Shown: positions 45,196 through 58,537, numbered from the stretch's first letter. The stretch: 64,000 nt of DNA from Trichodelitschia bisporula (GCA_010356995.1 ML996687.1:931803-995802); one strand, 5' to 3'. Notes: generated from the letters alone by a model not told the origin. A program made the numbers and translations.

Positions 45196-47038
45196 TCAGT
45201 GCCCATGCCCATCATCCTCCCCCCTCTGCTCTGGATCCAGCTTGATGAGGGTGTCGATGCGCATGATAGAGACACACGCCTCGACTGCACTTTTAAGCTG
45301 CTTAACCTTGCTCATGGCCGGCTCGAGCACACCAGCCTTGATCTCGTCATGAACTTTTCCGCGCGCAAGGTCAAGGCCATAGTTCTTGTAGTTTTTGCGT
45401 CGCGCCAGCGCCTTCTCATCCTCTGTAAATTGGCTCGGCCCGCCGGCGGCGGTCGCAGCATCGGCGGCGCGCTGCGACAGAGCGTGCCGGGAACGCAACT
45501 GGGCGACCAGCTCACTAGCGTCAAGCGCGGCGTTGATGGCCAGCGTCTTGGGCACCACGAGAAGAGAAGCGGCAAAAGCGGCAATCGCGAGCTGCTCCCG
45601 AGAGCCCTGTACGAAGACTATTAGTAAACGTCCAAGTAGCACTGGGGTGATGCACTCACCACCGACGTGGCCCATTCTTCCAGGTAGATGTGCAGTGCGG
45701 TCTCGACCGCCCCGCCACCCGGTACGATGCGACCGCTCTCAAGCGTGCGCTTGACGGCTGAGAGGGCGTCATGCACCGAGCGCTCCATCTCGTCGAGGGA
45801 GTAATCGTTCGCACCGCGTAGGATAATGGATGCCGACGAATGGACCTTGGTGCCCTTGACCAAGATGCATTCGTCGTCCGAAATGCGTTCCTGGACCACC
45901 TCCTCGGCCTGACCTAGGTTGCTTGCGTCAAAGCGCTCATCGCCGTTCATGTCAGACAGTGTGCTGACGAGGGTTGCGCCAGTGGCCTTTGCTATCCTAC
46001 GGAGGTCCTCCTTCTTGCAGCGACGCACGGCCATGGCACCACGTTCGATAAACTGCTTCAGGCAAAGGTCATCGATTCCCTTGGTTGTGAGTACCACGTT
46101 GGCGCCAGCCTTCAGGATCATCTCGACGCGCTCGAGGACAAGCGTACTTTCGCGCTCACGGATCTTCTCGAGCTGGGCGGGATCGTCAATGGTGATGTGC
46201 ACACCCAGCTTCATGCGCTCCTTTTGCAAGTTCATGTCCAGGCAAGCAATTTTGGCATCCGTGACACGGGTGCGCATAGACTGGGAGGCGACGGTGCAGT
46301 TCAGGGCATACCCTTTGACCAGGATGGACTCCCTGGCAGATTGACCATGCGCTTTGAGGATGTTCACGGCCTTGACGGGGTATTTGACTTCATTCTTGCT
46401 GTTTGTGTTCTTCACGGCCTGCAGGGCATCGACGACCATGGCAGAGAAGAAATCCGGGTCGCTGCCAATGATCTTGGACGACATGGACGTTTTGGCAATA
46501 CTTATGAGGGACTCGCGACCCAGTGACTCGACTTTGGTAGCAATATTCTCGTTCATGTAGCGGACAGCCTCCCGGAGAGCTAACCGGTAGCCTGTGATGA
46601 TGGTGGTGGGATGTATCCGGTTCTTCATTAGCTCGTTGCCACGGCGCAGGAGCTCGGCGGCGATGAGAACCACAGACGTCGTGCCGTCTCCCACCTCCTT
46701 ATCCTGTTGCTGGGCCAGCTCGACCAGAATCTTCCCGGCAGGATGTTCAATGTCGAGGAGGCTCAGGATGGTCGCGCCGTCGTTTGTTACCGTCACGTCA
46801 CCGATGTCGTCAACCATCATCTTGTCGAGGCCGGAAGGTCCAAAGGAGCTCTTCACGACGTTCGCGATAGCTTGAGTGGCCATGACATTCTGGTCGCGGA
46901 TGTCCTGTCCACTGATCTTCTGGCCGCCGAGGACTGTGGGGGAGCGTTAGGTCCATGAAGCAGCATGGCGGGGAGGGGAGAGTGGGGCAACGCACACAGA
47001 GTTCCAGCATTGCGGGGTTGTTGGAACAAAGTCGTCAT
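45196..47038 (-). CDS. TCP1: Chaperonin CCT/TRiC subunit alpha, 2 introns
   Basis: [48 protein letters not shown] and ILRGAND. Confidence 0.97.
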
Positions 47039-47983
47039 GATGGGGAGTTGTGAAGGTCGGATAGATAAGGAGACGGAGGGGAACAAAAAGTTGAGGAAGT
47101 TGGGGGAGTGGAGGAGGGGGACAGCAGTACTAGAACTAGGTGCCGCCGTGGTTGTCTGTCCGTCGTCTCTTCTCCAAGATGCTGAGCTAAACGCGACGCG
47201 AAATAATTCCAGACGGGGGTGGAACAAGGATTATCCGATTGAATATGGGGGGGAGTCGTACAAATGGCAGTGGCCTTTTTGTCTTGGGAGATTCTCTACA
47301 TATCGGCGAGCCTTGCTGATGATAACATAAGACTGTACCTAGGGAGAAGAACAAGAAGTGCTTGAGACTCCAGCAATCTTGCCGCTCTTTCGATCGTGGA
47401 GGTGGACATGAGAGGACAACCGTATGAACTGATGCGAGGGGAACAATTAATTAATCAAGTTGTAGGCGCGTCACCTATTTGAGAAGATGAGGCATGCCAT
47501 TATTATTCTATCAAGACACTCTTCTACCACTACACTACTGTAGTATGTGCAAGCTATAGATTGATACATGCTGTGCTACATACGGGTACTGTGATATGTA
47601 CTGTGCTACGGATGTATACTCGCATGTACTACGTCCAGCTTGCTATTCCCACCAATATTAAGAGAAAGAAATAATTCACGACGTCGCAAACAAAGGGAGA
47701 AACGTACGTGACAACCATAGGGTTTTTTAACTTCCCACAGTACTCACGCTACTACAACTAATTCTGGTTCTAGTTCTACCGTACTGTGGTACGGTTCTAG
47801 GGAAAGAGCGAGTCAGAGATTCGCGGGGTACCCAAACGAACGCTCATTACCCCTCCTCCAATCTCAAAGCCACACCGAAACCAACAGCTCACAACTTCCG
47901 CTCACAACCGAACACACCAGAAAATCGCTTATCTTTTTACACCACCCAGAAAGTGTCTATCCATCACTCTTCGAACCTTCGAA

Positions 47984-49692
47984 ATGGCGGGAGAAGCCAG
48001 TGCACCTTTGGCCGATCGCCCGAAGGCTGCGAAAAAGGAGAAGAAAGACAAACCGCCGCAGAAGCCCAAGGCGAAGCCTGCCCAAGCCGCTTCCGTTGAC
48101 ACCAAGGGTATCACGGTCAAGAAGGATGATGACCTTGGTGAATGGTACCAGCAAATGCTGTCCAAAGGGCAATTCATCTCTTACTACGACGTGTCTGGTT
48201 GCTACATCCTCGAGCCCGCGTCGTACGCCATCTGGGAAGAAATCAAGACATGGTTTGATGCGCAGATAAAGACGCTTGGTGTGCGCAACTGCTATTACCC
48301 AATCTTTATCAGCGAAGACAACTTGCAGAAGGAGAAGGACCACATCGAGGGCTTCGCCGCTGAGGTGGCGTGGGTTACGCACGGCGGCAAGTCGAAGCTC
48401 GACAAGCCCATCGCCATCCGCCCGACCTCCGAGACGGCCATGTACCACGACTTTCACAATAAGATCCAGTCTCACCGTGACCTTCCTCTCAAGCGCAACC
48501 AGTGGAACAATGTTGTGCGCTGGGAGTTTCGCAACCCGATGCCCTTTATCCGCTCGCGCGAGTTCCTTTGGCAGGAGGGTCACACAGCGCATCTGACCGA
48601 GGAGGAGGCTGGCAAGGAAGTGCTACAGATCTTGGACTATTATACAGGCGTGTACGAGGAACTCCTGGCCGTTCCTGTTGTCAAGGGTCGCAAGACTGTC
48701 AATGAGCAGTTCCCCGGCGCTTACTACACCACCACCATCGAGGGCTTCATCCCGGGCACGGGTCGCGGTATTCAGGCTGCCACGAGCCACTGTCTCGGTC
48801 AGCACTTTGCCAAGATGTACGACATCACCGTCGAAGATCCCAACGCCAAAAAGGACTCCGGCGAGGCACCCTCCAAGCTGCACGTCTGGCAGAACTCGTG
48901 GGGCCTGACGACCCGCTCCATCGGTGTCATGATGCTTATTCATGGTGACGATAAGGGTGCCGTGATCCCACCGCGTGTCGCTGAGATCCAGGCCATCATC
49001 ATCCCCGTTGGCGTGACGGCCAAGGCCAGCGAAGCGGACAAGGCGGCGCTGTACGGCACTGTCAAGGATATTGCCGATAAGTTGCGTGCCGCTGGTGTGC
49101 GAGTCGACACGGACCTACGCGAGCACTACAATGCCGGCTGGAAGTTCAACGATTGGGAGCTGAGGGGTGTGCCGCTGCGTATCGAGTTTGGCCCCAAGGA
49201 CATGGCTAAGGGTGTCATCGCGACGGCGCGCCGTGACACGGGCGAGAAGTCAACCATCAAGATTGACGACGTGGCTGAGGGCGTCCCCAAACTGCTCGAG
49301 ACCATGCAGGCGGAGATGTTGGCGCGTGCCCGGAAGGAGTACGATGAACACCGGAAGAGCATTACTCTCTGGGATGAGATCTTGCCAGCCCTGAACGGAA
49401 AGAACGTTGTTCTGATCCCACACTGTCTAGGCGGTGATTGTGCCGATGCCATCAAGGATGAGACAGCGGCTCTCCAGAAGGCTGCAGGCGCGCAGGAAGA
49501 TGCGCGCGCTCCTAGCATGGGTGCCAAATGTACGTCCTCTTACTCATTTCTCGACTGCAAGACAAGCTAACCCCCTGGACAGCGTTATGCATCCCCTTCG
49601 AGCAGCCCGAGCTGGCAGCCGGCACCAAGTGCTTGCGCCCTGCATGTGGCCAGGACGCTCAGAAGTGGGTGCAATTCGGACGGAGCTACTAG
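47984..49692 (+). CDS. Cytosolic (eukaryote/archaea-type) prolyl-tRNA synthetase, 1 intron
   Basis: YYDVSGCYIL, EKDHIEGFAAEVAWVT, IRPTSET, QWNNVVRWE, REFLWQEGHTAH, QNSWGLTTR and C-terminal LCIPFEQ..FGRSY. Confidence 0.96.
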
Positions 49693-50049
49693 CCGGGAGG
49701 GTGTACAGTCGACGTGGGCGAGCAGGCAGGTTTCAGCTTTCGCCGGCTCCAGGAGATACCCCACACCCATGCAGCTAAAACAAAAGAATTTAGTTCGTCT
49801 GGCTTTTATGCTTTCGCAAATGTTGTGACTGTCTCTGAAAGTACCTACCGGTCATTTCCCCTTACTTCGCTCCCCGACGGCGTTTATGTTCTTCGGTTCT
49901 AGTAGAGCAGATGCGAGTGAGAAACACGGTGACAACGCACGCGGATCGGTGGATGCAACAGACCTTCAAATAGAGAGAAACCATACGTCTACCGCTCTAA
50001 TCCCTCGCCAGCCTCAGTGATTCCTAGATATGTTGCCGGTTGATATGTA

Positions 50050-52023
50050 CTATTGCAGTCTCACACCCGCCTGCTGCGTCCGCTTTGCCTTGTCCCCCAT
50101 GGCCGTACTGACAACATGCTGGCTGCTGTCCAACAAGCTCATGGCCTCGCGCTTCTTCTCCTCTTCGATCTTCTTAAGCCGTTTCTCCGTCTTCTGCTTG
50201 CCGCTGCCCTTGCCATGGAACTGATGCGACAGGTGCTTGAATGCCTCCTTTTGGCTCATGTGGCGGCCAAACTCGTCGACGTATTTGAGCTCAACCTGCG
50301 GCCGGTAATCGCGGTTGAACATGTTGGTCAGCTCGCGCGACTCTTGCTGCTCGCGGTGCACGTTGCTCTGCCGCGCGTACTCCTCGCGCTCGCGAGCCGA
50401 CATGCGCTCCAGCCGGCCGCTCGTGCGGTCGCGCTCGCGCTGCATGCGCGCCTTGCGCTCGGCGTCCTCTTCGCGTTGACGCCGCTCCGCCAGGAATTTC
50501 TGTTGTTCACGGAACGACGAGTTGAGGTCACTGCCGTCGTGAGCATGTAATAACCCGCGCTGCTGTAACATCGCCACCGTCGCCCCAAGCCCCTGGTTGA
50601 GACTGCTCTCCTCTTCCAGGCCTGTGTGGGGAAGATCCGGTGCAACCACTGCCGTAGTCTCGCCACTTTTGTTGCGTTCCGCAGCTTCTTCAACGGCCGC
50701 ATATGACTGCTCCATGTCGACGTCGCCCTCAGCGTCAGCTGAATCTGTGCGGTGACGAGCCTTTTCAGGAGGCTGGGCAGATTTGCGCCGCGGCCGTTCG
50801 TCCTCATCTTCCGGCCGGCGCAAGTTGGCGACGAATTCGGACGTCTCGTCGAGCACTAGACCTGGTTCCTCAACGCTTTCAGTGACATCCATGGCGTTCA
50901 ATTCCTCCTCCTTAAGCTGTTTAGCCAAATCTTCGGGGCGCATTCGCTTCCGCTTCTTCAAGGCCCCTCGCCTCTGTTGCGCGAGCATGGCCTGAAGGTC
51001 CTCATCATCGATGATGTTCGATTCGTCTAAGGTGCGATTCTTGCCAGTCACGGCACTTCCAGCTCCAGAATCCACTTCCATAGTATCCGCGCTGGGCGCC
51101 ACAGACGGAAGGGGAGGGATATCGTCGTCGTCGACTTCGCGCTTCCGCGTTTTCCTCTCTTTCTTCTTCTTAGGCTTGCGGATCTTGATTTCTGACGGGT
51201 CAACGTAATCGGAGACCGGCTGCTTCTCCTCACGGAAAAGCTCGAGGTTAATCAGGACCCCCTTGGCCCGGTATTCTTCCTCCACAGCAGCCGACTGGGC
51301 TAACTCCAAAGTGCTGCCCTTGCCATCAAGTGTAAATGCACTGGTTTTGGTAACGCCGAGGCCCTCATCGTACTGAGCAAGTAGCGACTTGGGTCCCGAC
51401 TCGTCGATGTCGTTAGGGTTGTAAACCGGTTTCCGTTTTTTCGATTCGAGGCGCTTTTCAAGCTGCTCCTTCGCCCGCAATTCCAGATTCTCCAACTCGT
51501 CCTCCTCACTTTCATCGCCAATGACAGCATCCTTGAGCGTCAAAACTTGTTCGCTGCCAGCGTCAAACTGATCCAGCTCGTGGCCGACTTTGACGCCGGC
51601 AAGGTCGCGGGCTGTGTATTCAGCCTTCTTTCGCTGCGCCTCGCGCTCCTCCTGCAGCTTCTGTTCCTTCTCAATCTTTTTCTGGCGCTTTTTCTGTTGG
51701 ACTAACCATGACCGCGTGTCGAGGTCCTCCTCGGCTTCGCCCAAGGTCCTGCCCGCATATTTAGCGTCTCGCATAGCAGCATCTCGCGCTTTCTTGATTG
51801 CCTCCTTTTGCGCCTGTCGCTTCGCCTTGGCTGCAGCGTCCTCGTGCAGCTTCCTCCAGTTATCGCCGGCAGCCGCCTCGCGTGTGTCGATGGTGCTGGC
51901 GGGTTCTTCCCCGGAGTCGCCATCCTTGGATTTGAAGACTGGACCTTCACCGGCGGCTGGGAGCGGCTTCAGGCCCATAGCCACTCGGATCTTGTTCGCC
52001 GCATCTATATCGATTTCCGCCAT
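50050..52023 (-). CDS. SNU66: U4/U6.U5 tri-snRNP protein Snu66/SART1
   Basis: HIND-like NKIRVAMGLKPL, LAGVKVGH, LTLKD, DETSEFV and LKYVDEFGR..KEAFKHLSHQFHGKGSGKQK. Confidence 0.93.
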   Translation of the reverse strand: MAEIDIDAANKIRVAMGLKPLPAAGEGPVFKSKDGDSGEEPASTIDTREAAAGDNWRKLHEDAAAKAKRQAQKEAIKKARDAAMRDAKYAGRTLGEAEEDLDTRSWLVQQKKRQKKIEKEQKLQEEREAQRKKAEYTARDLAGVKVGHELDQFDAGSEQVLTLKDAVIGDESEEDELENLELRAKEQLEKRLESKKRKPVYNPNDIDESGPKSLLAQYDEGLGVTKTSAFTLDGKGSTLELAQSAAVEEEYRAKGVLINLELFREEKQPVSDYVDPSEIKIRKPKKKKERKTRKREVDDDDIPPLPSVAPSADTMEVDSGAGSAVTGKNRTLDESNIIDDEDLQAMLAQQRRGALKKRKRMRPEDLAKQLKEEELNAMDVTESVEEPGLVLDETSEFVANLRRPEDEDERPRRKSAQPPEKARHRTDSADAEGDVDMEQSYAAVEEAAERNKSGETTAVVAPDLPHTGLEEESSLNQGLGATVAMLQQRGLLHAHDGSDLNSSFREQQKFLAERRQREEDAERKARMQRERDRTSGRLERMSAREREEYARQSNVHREQQESRELTNMFNRDYRPQVELKYVDEFGRHMSQKEAFKHLSHQFHGKGSGKQKTEKRLKKIEEEKKREAMSLLDSSQHVVSTAMGDKAKRTQQAGVRLQ

Positions 52024-52870
52024 GGTGATAACACGTAGGGGAGGATGAGAAAGTGTGGAAACACGTGTGGAGTTCGAGGCGTAGATGGGGGTGGGCGGAG
52101 GCGGAAGATTGAGGGTGAACCGCTGGAGCAGCAAGCTGCCAAGGAGAATTCCCCCGGAGCGGCGAAACGTGAATGGCGTATGCACGTGAAGTCTTGGCAT
52201 CAAATCTTCGCGCGTATAAGAAGGCAAAACTCCTCCCCGTCTCTCTGTCTTTTCTTCACGGATCTGTTGCCCGCCTTTCCTCGCGGTCTCGGCTGCGAGT
52301 TGAGAGTCGGGCAGCTCGACAAATCTAGGGAACCATCCTCACCTCCTCCGTGATGCAAATCCTGTCGGCAGATCTTAGAGCAAAAACAGCGCGCCAACTT
52401 GATCCTGAGTTCTTCGTGAGCTCGGTGAAGTTGTCGCGCTGGGGGCGTCTTATTCCGTTCCGTCTAGAGCGAGCGCTTAGCCCGTGAAAATGAAGGACAA
52501 ACCAAGGCAGCCTACATCCATTTACGTCTCCCTCCTCTTTTGTTGCATCCATGCTTGTCATCACTCTCTTTCTCGTGACGGTCTAGCACAGTTTTGTAGG
52601 TGTATCCCGCGCCGTAGCTACCCCTGCTCCGCGTAGATGAATAGGTCCCCTGTGGTTATGGATATACAGTATAGCAACATAGCAACGTGCAGCCCCAGAC
52701 GTAGACGGCACAATTAATTTGGACGCCTGCTTCTCCGTCGGACATTTTCTCGTGTCGTGAGGGGCAAGTTCGTCTTAAATGACCGTCATGCCTCTGTTTC
52801 GGAGCAACCGTACACGGCTCCTCCTCATGCTCAGTTTCTTCAACCAGTACCGTGTCCACTCCCTTCGGTC

Positions 52871-53715
52871 ATGAAACTTGCCATTGCAGTGCTCGCGCAC
52901 GCTGCAGCGGCTGCTGCTGCGACACCCAAGCTTCTGATATGCTCAGACAGCACCACGGCCAACTACACCAGCGGTCCGCTGCAGGGCTGGGGCTACTACA
53001 TTGGCGAATACCTCTCCATTGGAGTTGTAAACCTCGCACGCAACGGCCGCAGCACACGCTCTTTCATCAAGGAGGGCCTGTGGAGCAAGTTGCTATCGCA
53101 GACCCAGGCGTCCGACTATGTCGTCATCGAAATGGGTCATAACGACGACGGGGACCCGACCGACCCGAAGAATACACGCGGCGGTCGCAGTGTGCTGCCG
53201 GGTATCGACGGCAAGACGGCGTCAGTCAAAGACGAGAACGGCAAGGCAGAGACAGTCCACACCTTCGGCTTCTACTTGCGCGAGATGATTGAGGATGTGC
53301 GCAAGAAGAATGCCATTCCCATCATCTCGGGCATGGTGCCGCGCAACTACTGGCGTCAGGGTAAGCTGCAGAGCGACTACAAATTCACCGACTGGGCGCG
53401 CCAGACGGCCGAGCAAGAGAAAGTTGAGTTTCTCGACCACACCAAGTACGGCGTGGAACGACTGCGGCCGCTGGGTGAGACGAAGGCAAAGACCTATTTC
53501 CCTCAGGACAATACCCACACCAACGCGGCAGGTGCGAAATGTAAGCGTGCACCATCCGGAAACCCCCATGCGGCGGTTGAAAGAGTGCTTTGAAAAAGGC
53601 TGACACGGCTCTTTCAGTGAATGCCGAGACGTTCGTGACGGCAGCGAAATGCGCCAAATCGCAGCTGGTTCGACACCTCAATGGCAAGGGCCAGGAAGTT
53701 AAGCAAAGTTGTTAG
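52871..53715 (+). CDS. Secreted SGNH/GDSL esterase, rhamnogalacturonan acetylesterase-like (CE12), 1 intron
   Basis: Signal peptide MKLAIAVLAHAAAAAA, SDST, QGWG, NLARNGRSTRSF, EMGHND and DNTHT. Confidence 0.88.
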
Positions 53716-53994
53716 TGGTCCTTGGACACTAAATTAAATAATACTGGGTGTGGCACTGTACTTCTACATAGAATGCACATGTTGGCCCAAAGACTTGCCT
53801 AATGGGTGATGGACGTGTTGACATGTACGCAGTAAACGAGTATTCTTGTCATGTGATTACGCATCACCGCGTTTCGGGCGTGGAAAAACATTATCCCCGT
53901 GGAGAATGGGCAACGGAGCCAGCTCGCGATCGGACCAAGGAACAATCCAATGCTTCCATTCACCTCTGTTGCATCTCATAGATGATCCTCTACC

Positions 53995-55200
53995 ATGAAA
54001 ATCAAGCTGAAAACCACCTCGCACCCTACCCCTCCTCCTCCTCTGCCTCCATCGCTTGCTCCAACTCAAAAATCCCCGATGGCGAGATCCAAGTCCACCA
54101 AAACCGCTGCGAAGGCCACCGGTCCGGATAACGATGGCTCTCCTCCTAAACCCAAGCGTGCGTACAACAAGAAGCCGAAGCCGGAACCCGCCGACGGCGA
54201 AGCTTCGGCCTCAGCTCCCAAAGTCGCCAAAAAGCGCGCTCGCAAGGACGACGATGATGACGGTGCCGCGGAGCCGAACAAGAAAGCCAAGATGTTGAAG
54301 GTCAAGCTCAATACAAAATTCCTTCCAGACGATGGCGCCCCGAAGTCTTCTCTTAGCGCTGCCAACCCACCGCCCTCTCTACAGCGGCAAGATTATCAGC
54401 CGCTTCCGAAGGTCAAAATCGCCATGAAGAAAAGCTTCAGTACTCCGCGCGTTAAGATCAAACATTCCGGCGCTCCGCCGGAGCGGCACCATGCTGTTGG
54501 ATACGATAGCGAAGCCGAAGATGCCGAAAACGACCCGCACATTGAGCAGCAGTTCGTTCTCCGCATGCCGCCCGGTCGCGACTGTGATATCCTGCGCACC
54601 GCAATCAACGAACGCAAGATTGGCCTTCCAGTGGGACGTGGTGGTTTAGATGTCTACTTCCGTTTCTTCGACAAGGAAGGGCGGCGCGCCGCTGTCCATA
54701 TCGAGAACAGGATCTACGCTGCTACGCTTCTGGACCTGCCCTGTGTCATAGAAGCAATGAAAACCTGGGACAAGCGTGGTTTGTACAAGACCGCGGATGT
54801 TTGCCAGGTTTTACTTGTTCTGGGACTCGTGGCTAGCGAAGAGGAAGCCAAATCCTACCCTCTACCGCGCGAAGTTGATGCAGATACTTGGCAGTATCCC
54901 CATGGTTTGACGCCCCCCATGCATTGGGCTCGAAAGCGCCGCTTTCGTAAGCGGGTCAGCTTCCGTACTATCGAGGCTATCGAAGATGAGGTTGCGCGTC
55001 TGCTCGATCTTGATCAGCAGGCCTGGGATACCGGTGGCGACTCCGAGTATAAGATTGTCGATCTCACTCATAAGGATTCTCAAGGAGCCTCAGATGAGGA
55101 AGACGCCTACGGTGAGGAGGCTGACGGCTACTATGAGGATGAAGATGAGGATGATGGGGAGTTTGCGCGTCTCATGGAGAAGGAGCTCGCGCGTCCAGGC

Positions 55201-55238
<38 letters not shown>

Positions 55239-55626
55239 CGAGGATGCTCGTCTTGCTACCGATCAGGGCATGGAAATCGATGCCAAAGTAAACCCAGAAG
55301 ACTCCATGGCGCCTCCGATTGCCACTCCTGCCGCTGTTGGTACGCCATCTATTACCGAGGGAAGCCATGACGAAGGCGGCATGGAATCCGAGCTCGAATC
55401 AGAGCACTTGGACGAAGATGAGATTGCCGCCCTCGCGGAACAGGAGCAGCAGCGGGAAGAAATCGAAGACCTCAAGAAGGAAATCGCACAGGCCGAAAAC
55501 CAACTTGCCAGTCAGACTAATCCGCATCTGAAGCAGCGCGCCGCGGCCAAAGTCAAGAGTCTAAAGGCGGACCTGGAACTCAAGATGGTTGGACTCGGTG
55601 AGGGCGCAGAGGAGGATGAAGGTTGA
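53995..55626 (+). CDS. TAF7: TFIID subunit Taf7
   Basis: GYDSEAED..DPHIEQQFVLRM, LLDLPCVIEAMKTWD..YKTADVCQ and YPHGLTPPMHWARKRRFRKR. Confidence 0.93.
55201..55236 (+). repeat. (GAT)12 coding microsatellite (poly-Asp) in TAF7
   Basis: Seen directly. Confidence 0.95.
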
Positions 55627-55993
55627 TGCAGGCCCGCAGGTCATTGAGGGCACTGAGGGGCTTTTGAAGAGCTCTTTACTTTGCATGCATAGCACTGCGG
55701 GATGGTTTTTAGCGGGAATTGAAGTCAGTCGCTTCTCTGATCGCTGAAGATTTACTTGATGGTTTTTTAAAGCGATTCAAGTGTTTTCAGATACCCTCAA
55801 GAATCCGATTTTTACTGCACTCAAGTGTGACATGGTTTACGTCACGCCTGTTTATCCTCGATCTTGATACAGATACACTATGCTACAATCTTCCACGTTT
55901 TGGACAAGAATCCCGCACCCATGAACAATACTACCAATGCAATGCCTTGATTAACCAGACGCTTCGCCACACTGAAATGCCGTACGTAATGTA

Positions 55994-58383
55994 CTACTGA
56001 TGCCCGTTCACAGCGCCCAAGCCCTCCAGCTCATCCCTAACCGCTCTGTACGCCTCCTGTCCCTCGCGCCCACGACGGCTGATGAAAGCAACCTCGTCTC
56101 GCAATCCCTCCAAACGGCGAGCGATGGCAGCTTCCTCGCCCACTTGCGCGCGAAGTGCCGTATTGAGATCGATGCGCGTCTTCTCCAGCGCGTCGGCGGC
56201 TTCCGTGATCTTCTGCCGCAGCATCTTGGCTCGCTGCACATAACCTCCATGAACTTTGACCAGCTTCCTTTCGACCTCGTTGCCCCGGTCAGCATCAGCC
56301 ATGATTCTCTCCTGGATACTCTGCCTTCAGGTTAGTCAGATCCTCTCGCAGATGGCCGTCAACTTACATCGAAGGCCTCCACCATCAACTGGTGCTCGTC
56401 GATCTCATCCTCAAAATAGCCATCAAGACCAGGAAGACGCGCTGTGCTGTGTAGCTCCATCCAGCCTCTAACGAACTCCTCTTTCTCCACTTGGGCCTGC
56501 TTGGTGGACAGCTCCTTCGACACCTCCGCCCGCGCCTTCCCCAGTAAGTCATCGTCGAGGTCTTGCAAAGGTCGAACAGTGCCGCTAATCTTGGAGCCCC
56601 CAAACTTCCTACCGTCATGTGCAATGAGGAGGGCAGCCTCCACCGCTATCGCTTTTTCGGTAGGATCCTGGATAGCCTCAGCATTGCGAAGCATAGCGTC
56701 CACATCCACAATCGTTGGACGAGGAAGCCCCATCTGCACCACTTGAGTTTGACGTTTGAAATCGGTCAGTTCGGCAGCCTGACGCAGCTGCCTCTCGCGC
56801 CGGTCACGCAGAGCAGCGTCTTCAATGCTAACCTCAGTCCGCACAACCTCCTGTTGTTCTTCAGGAAGTTCCAGTTCAAACTCGAGTTCCTTGGGTTTAG
56901 GCAGAGCAGCAAATCTGTCAAGGAGATTCTTGCGTACAGCTTGCTCACGCAACTTCATGTCCCGAGGGGTTTGGCTCACTAGCTGCATACCGCTGTCTTG
57001 GTTCAGACTCAGGCTATCTCGAGGGGTCCGTAAAGGAGTTGCGCCGGGACCTCGCAGAGGGGTGGATCCGATGCCATTGACTCCCTGGCGGAAGGGCGTA
57101 GCCAGGGGATTCGGCGTCGCTACTGCCTGCTTGCTCGGGGCAGCGCCACCGAAGCCAGTTGAGCCCGAGCCTTCAACAAGCGGAGCATTGTCACCCCCCA
57201 GCAGGGCGGATTGTGTATCTGTCAAGGCTCTGGCATTCCGAATTTCGTTCGCGACGCGGTCTTCCTCTTGAGGGGCGCGGGGTGTCCGGATAGGGGTGGC
57301 TCCGGCCATGTTTGAATAGTTGCCGATGAGACCCCGGGTAGCATCGTATTCGCTGTTCCCTGCTACCTGAGCCGCACGCTCCCCAGCAAAACCCATCTTG
57401 ATGATATCCTCCAGCTCCGCATCGGATACCTGGGGGGCGGGAAGCACAAGGGGCCTCCGCATGCTGCTTTGCTCTGCTTCTCTGATCTTCTGCATTTGTG
57501 CCGCCTTGATTGCCGCAGCAGAGAGGCCACCCTCGTTGGCTTTGTCGTTCTTCTTTCTCTTGCGCTCTTCTCCCTCGTCGTCGTGTTCCCCCTTGCGTTT
57601 ATTAGCAAGCTGCTGCTTTCTAGGGTCGAACGCCTCGCGCTGTCGCTCATTGCGGTCAAGTTCCTCGCCCGTATCGTAAAAGCCAGGAGCAGGCGCACGT
57701 TCGAAGGGAATGTCGGCGTTGTAGTCCATCTCTCCTTTCTTGAAAGTCTTGAGTTTGATGTTGATACCGCTCATCTTCAACTCTCGCCTCTTCTGCAAGG
57801 ATGCTACTCTCCTCGACTCCTCAAGCTGCCGCTCTCTCGCCTTTCTCTTCGCCTTTTTGCCCTGTGTGTTCGCAAGGCGAGCTCTCGCCTCGCTGAGCAT
57901 CTCCTTTTCATCTTCATCCAGGTCGACGGTGTCCGGCCGTGCTGGTTTTGATTCCGGGTCTGGATCCAACTCGCCAGGCCTCAGCTTTCGCACGTCGTCA
58001 GCGCTCGGCGCAACCGTCTCTCCGCCGCTCGGCCCCCCGAGCGCCAGGTCTCCTGCCTCCCTCGCCTCGGCCTCGTCCAGCAGTTTCTGGTAGCGCTCCA
58101 AGCACTGCGTTGCCGTGCGGCCCACGATGGGTGCAATAGTTCGCCATTGTGTGGGCATCAGCTTTGCAAGATGCAGGAGTTTCTCATCCTCCTCTTTGCT
58201 CCATTCAATCTTCTTGATCTGCGGGTCCAGCCATTCCGACCATCGCGCCTTGCACTGCTTGGGAGTCTTGCGCGCAAGGAGTGACGATACACGTGCCCAT
58301 TGATTAAGGCCATATTTGGAAATGGATGCCTTGAGGATTTCATCTTCGATGTTGGTCCAGACGCCGCCTTTGACGGTCACCAT
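55994..58383 (-). CDS. CEF1: Myb-domain splicing factor Cef1/Cdc5, 1 intron
   Basis: [41 protein letters not shown] and [16 protein letters not shown]. Confidence 0.97.
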
Positions 58384-58488
58384 GGCGACGAACTGGTTTT
58401 AGGGCAGTGATGCACGGTGTTGGAAGCGGACGATGGTAAACTGCAGGCGGTCCTAGTGAGAACGGAAGTGTCTGCGATAGGGTGGGTG

Positions 58489-58537
58489 AGCAGAATGGTA
58501 AAGTAGTGAAGTGAAAGCAGAATGGTAAAGAAGTGAA
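58489..58537. repeat. 22-bp direct repeat (AGCAGAATGGTAAAGWAGTGAA x2, 27-bp period) upstream of CEF1
   Basis: Copies at 58489-58510 and 58516-58537 with one mismatch. Confidence 0.85.

Noticed and set aside
50050..52227. ORF-track N-terminal extensions of SNU66 (similarly LTO1, cwf18, Rad60-like, GNAT)
   Set aside because: They rely on non-ATG starts or pyrimidine-rich leader sequence; conserved sequence begins at the downstream ATGs used here.
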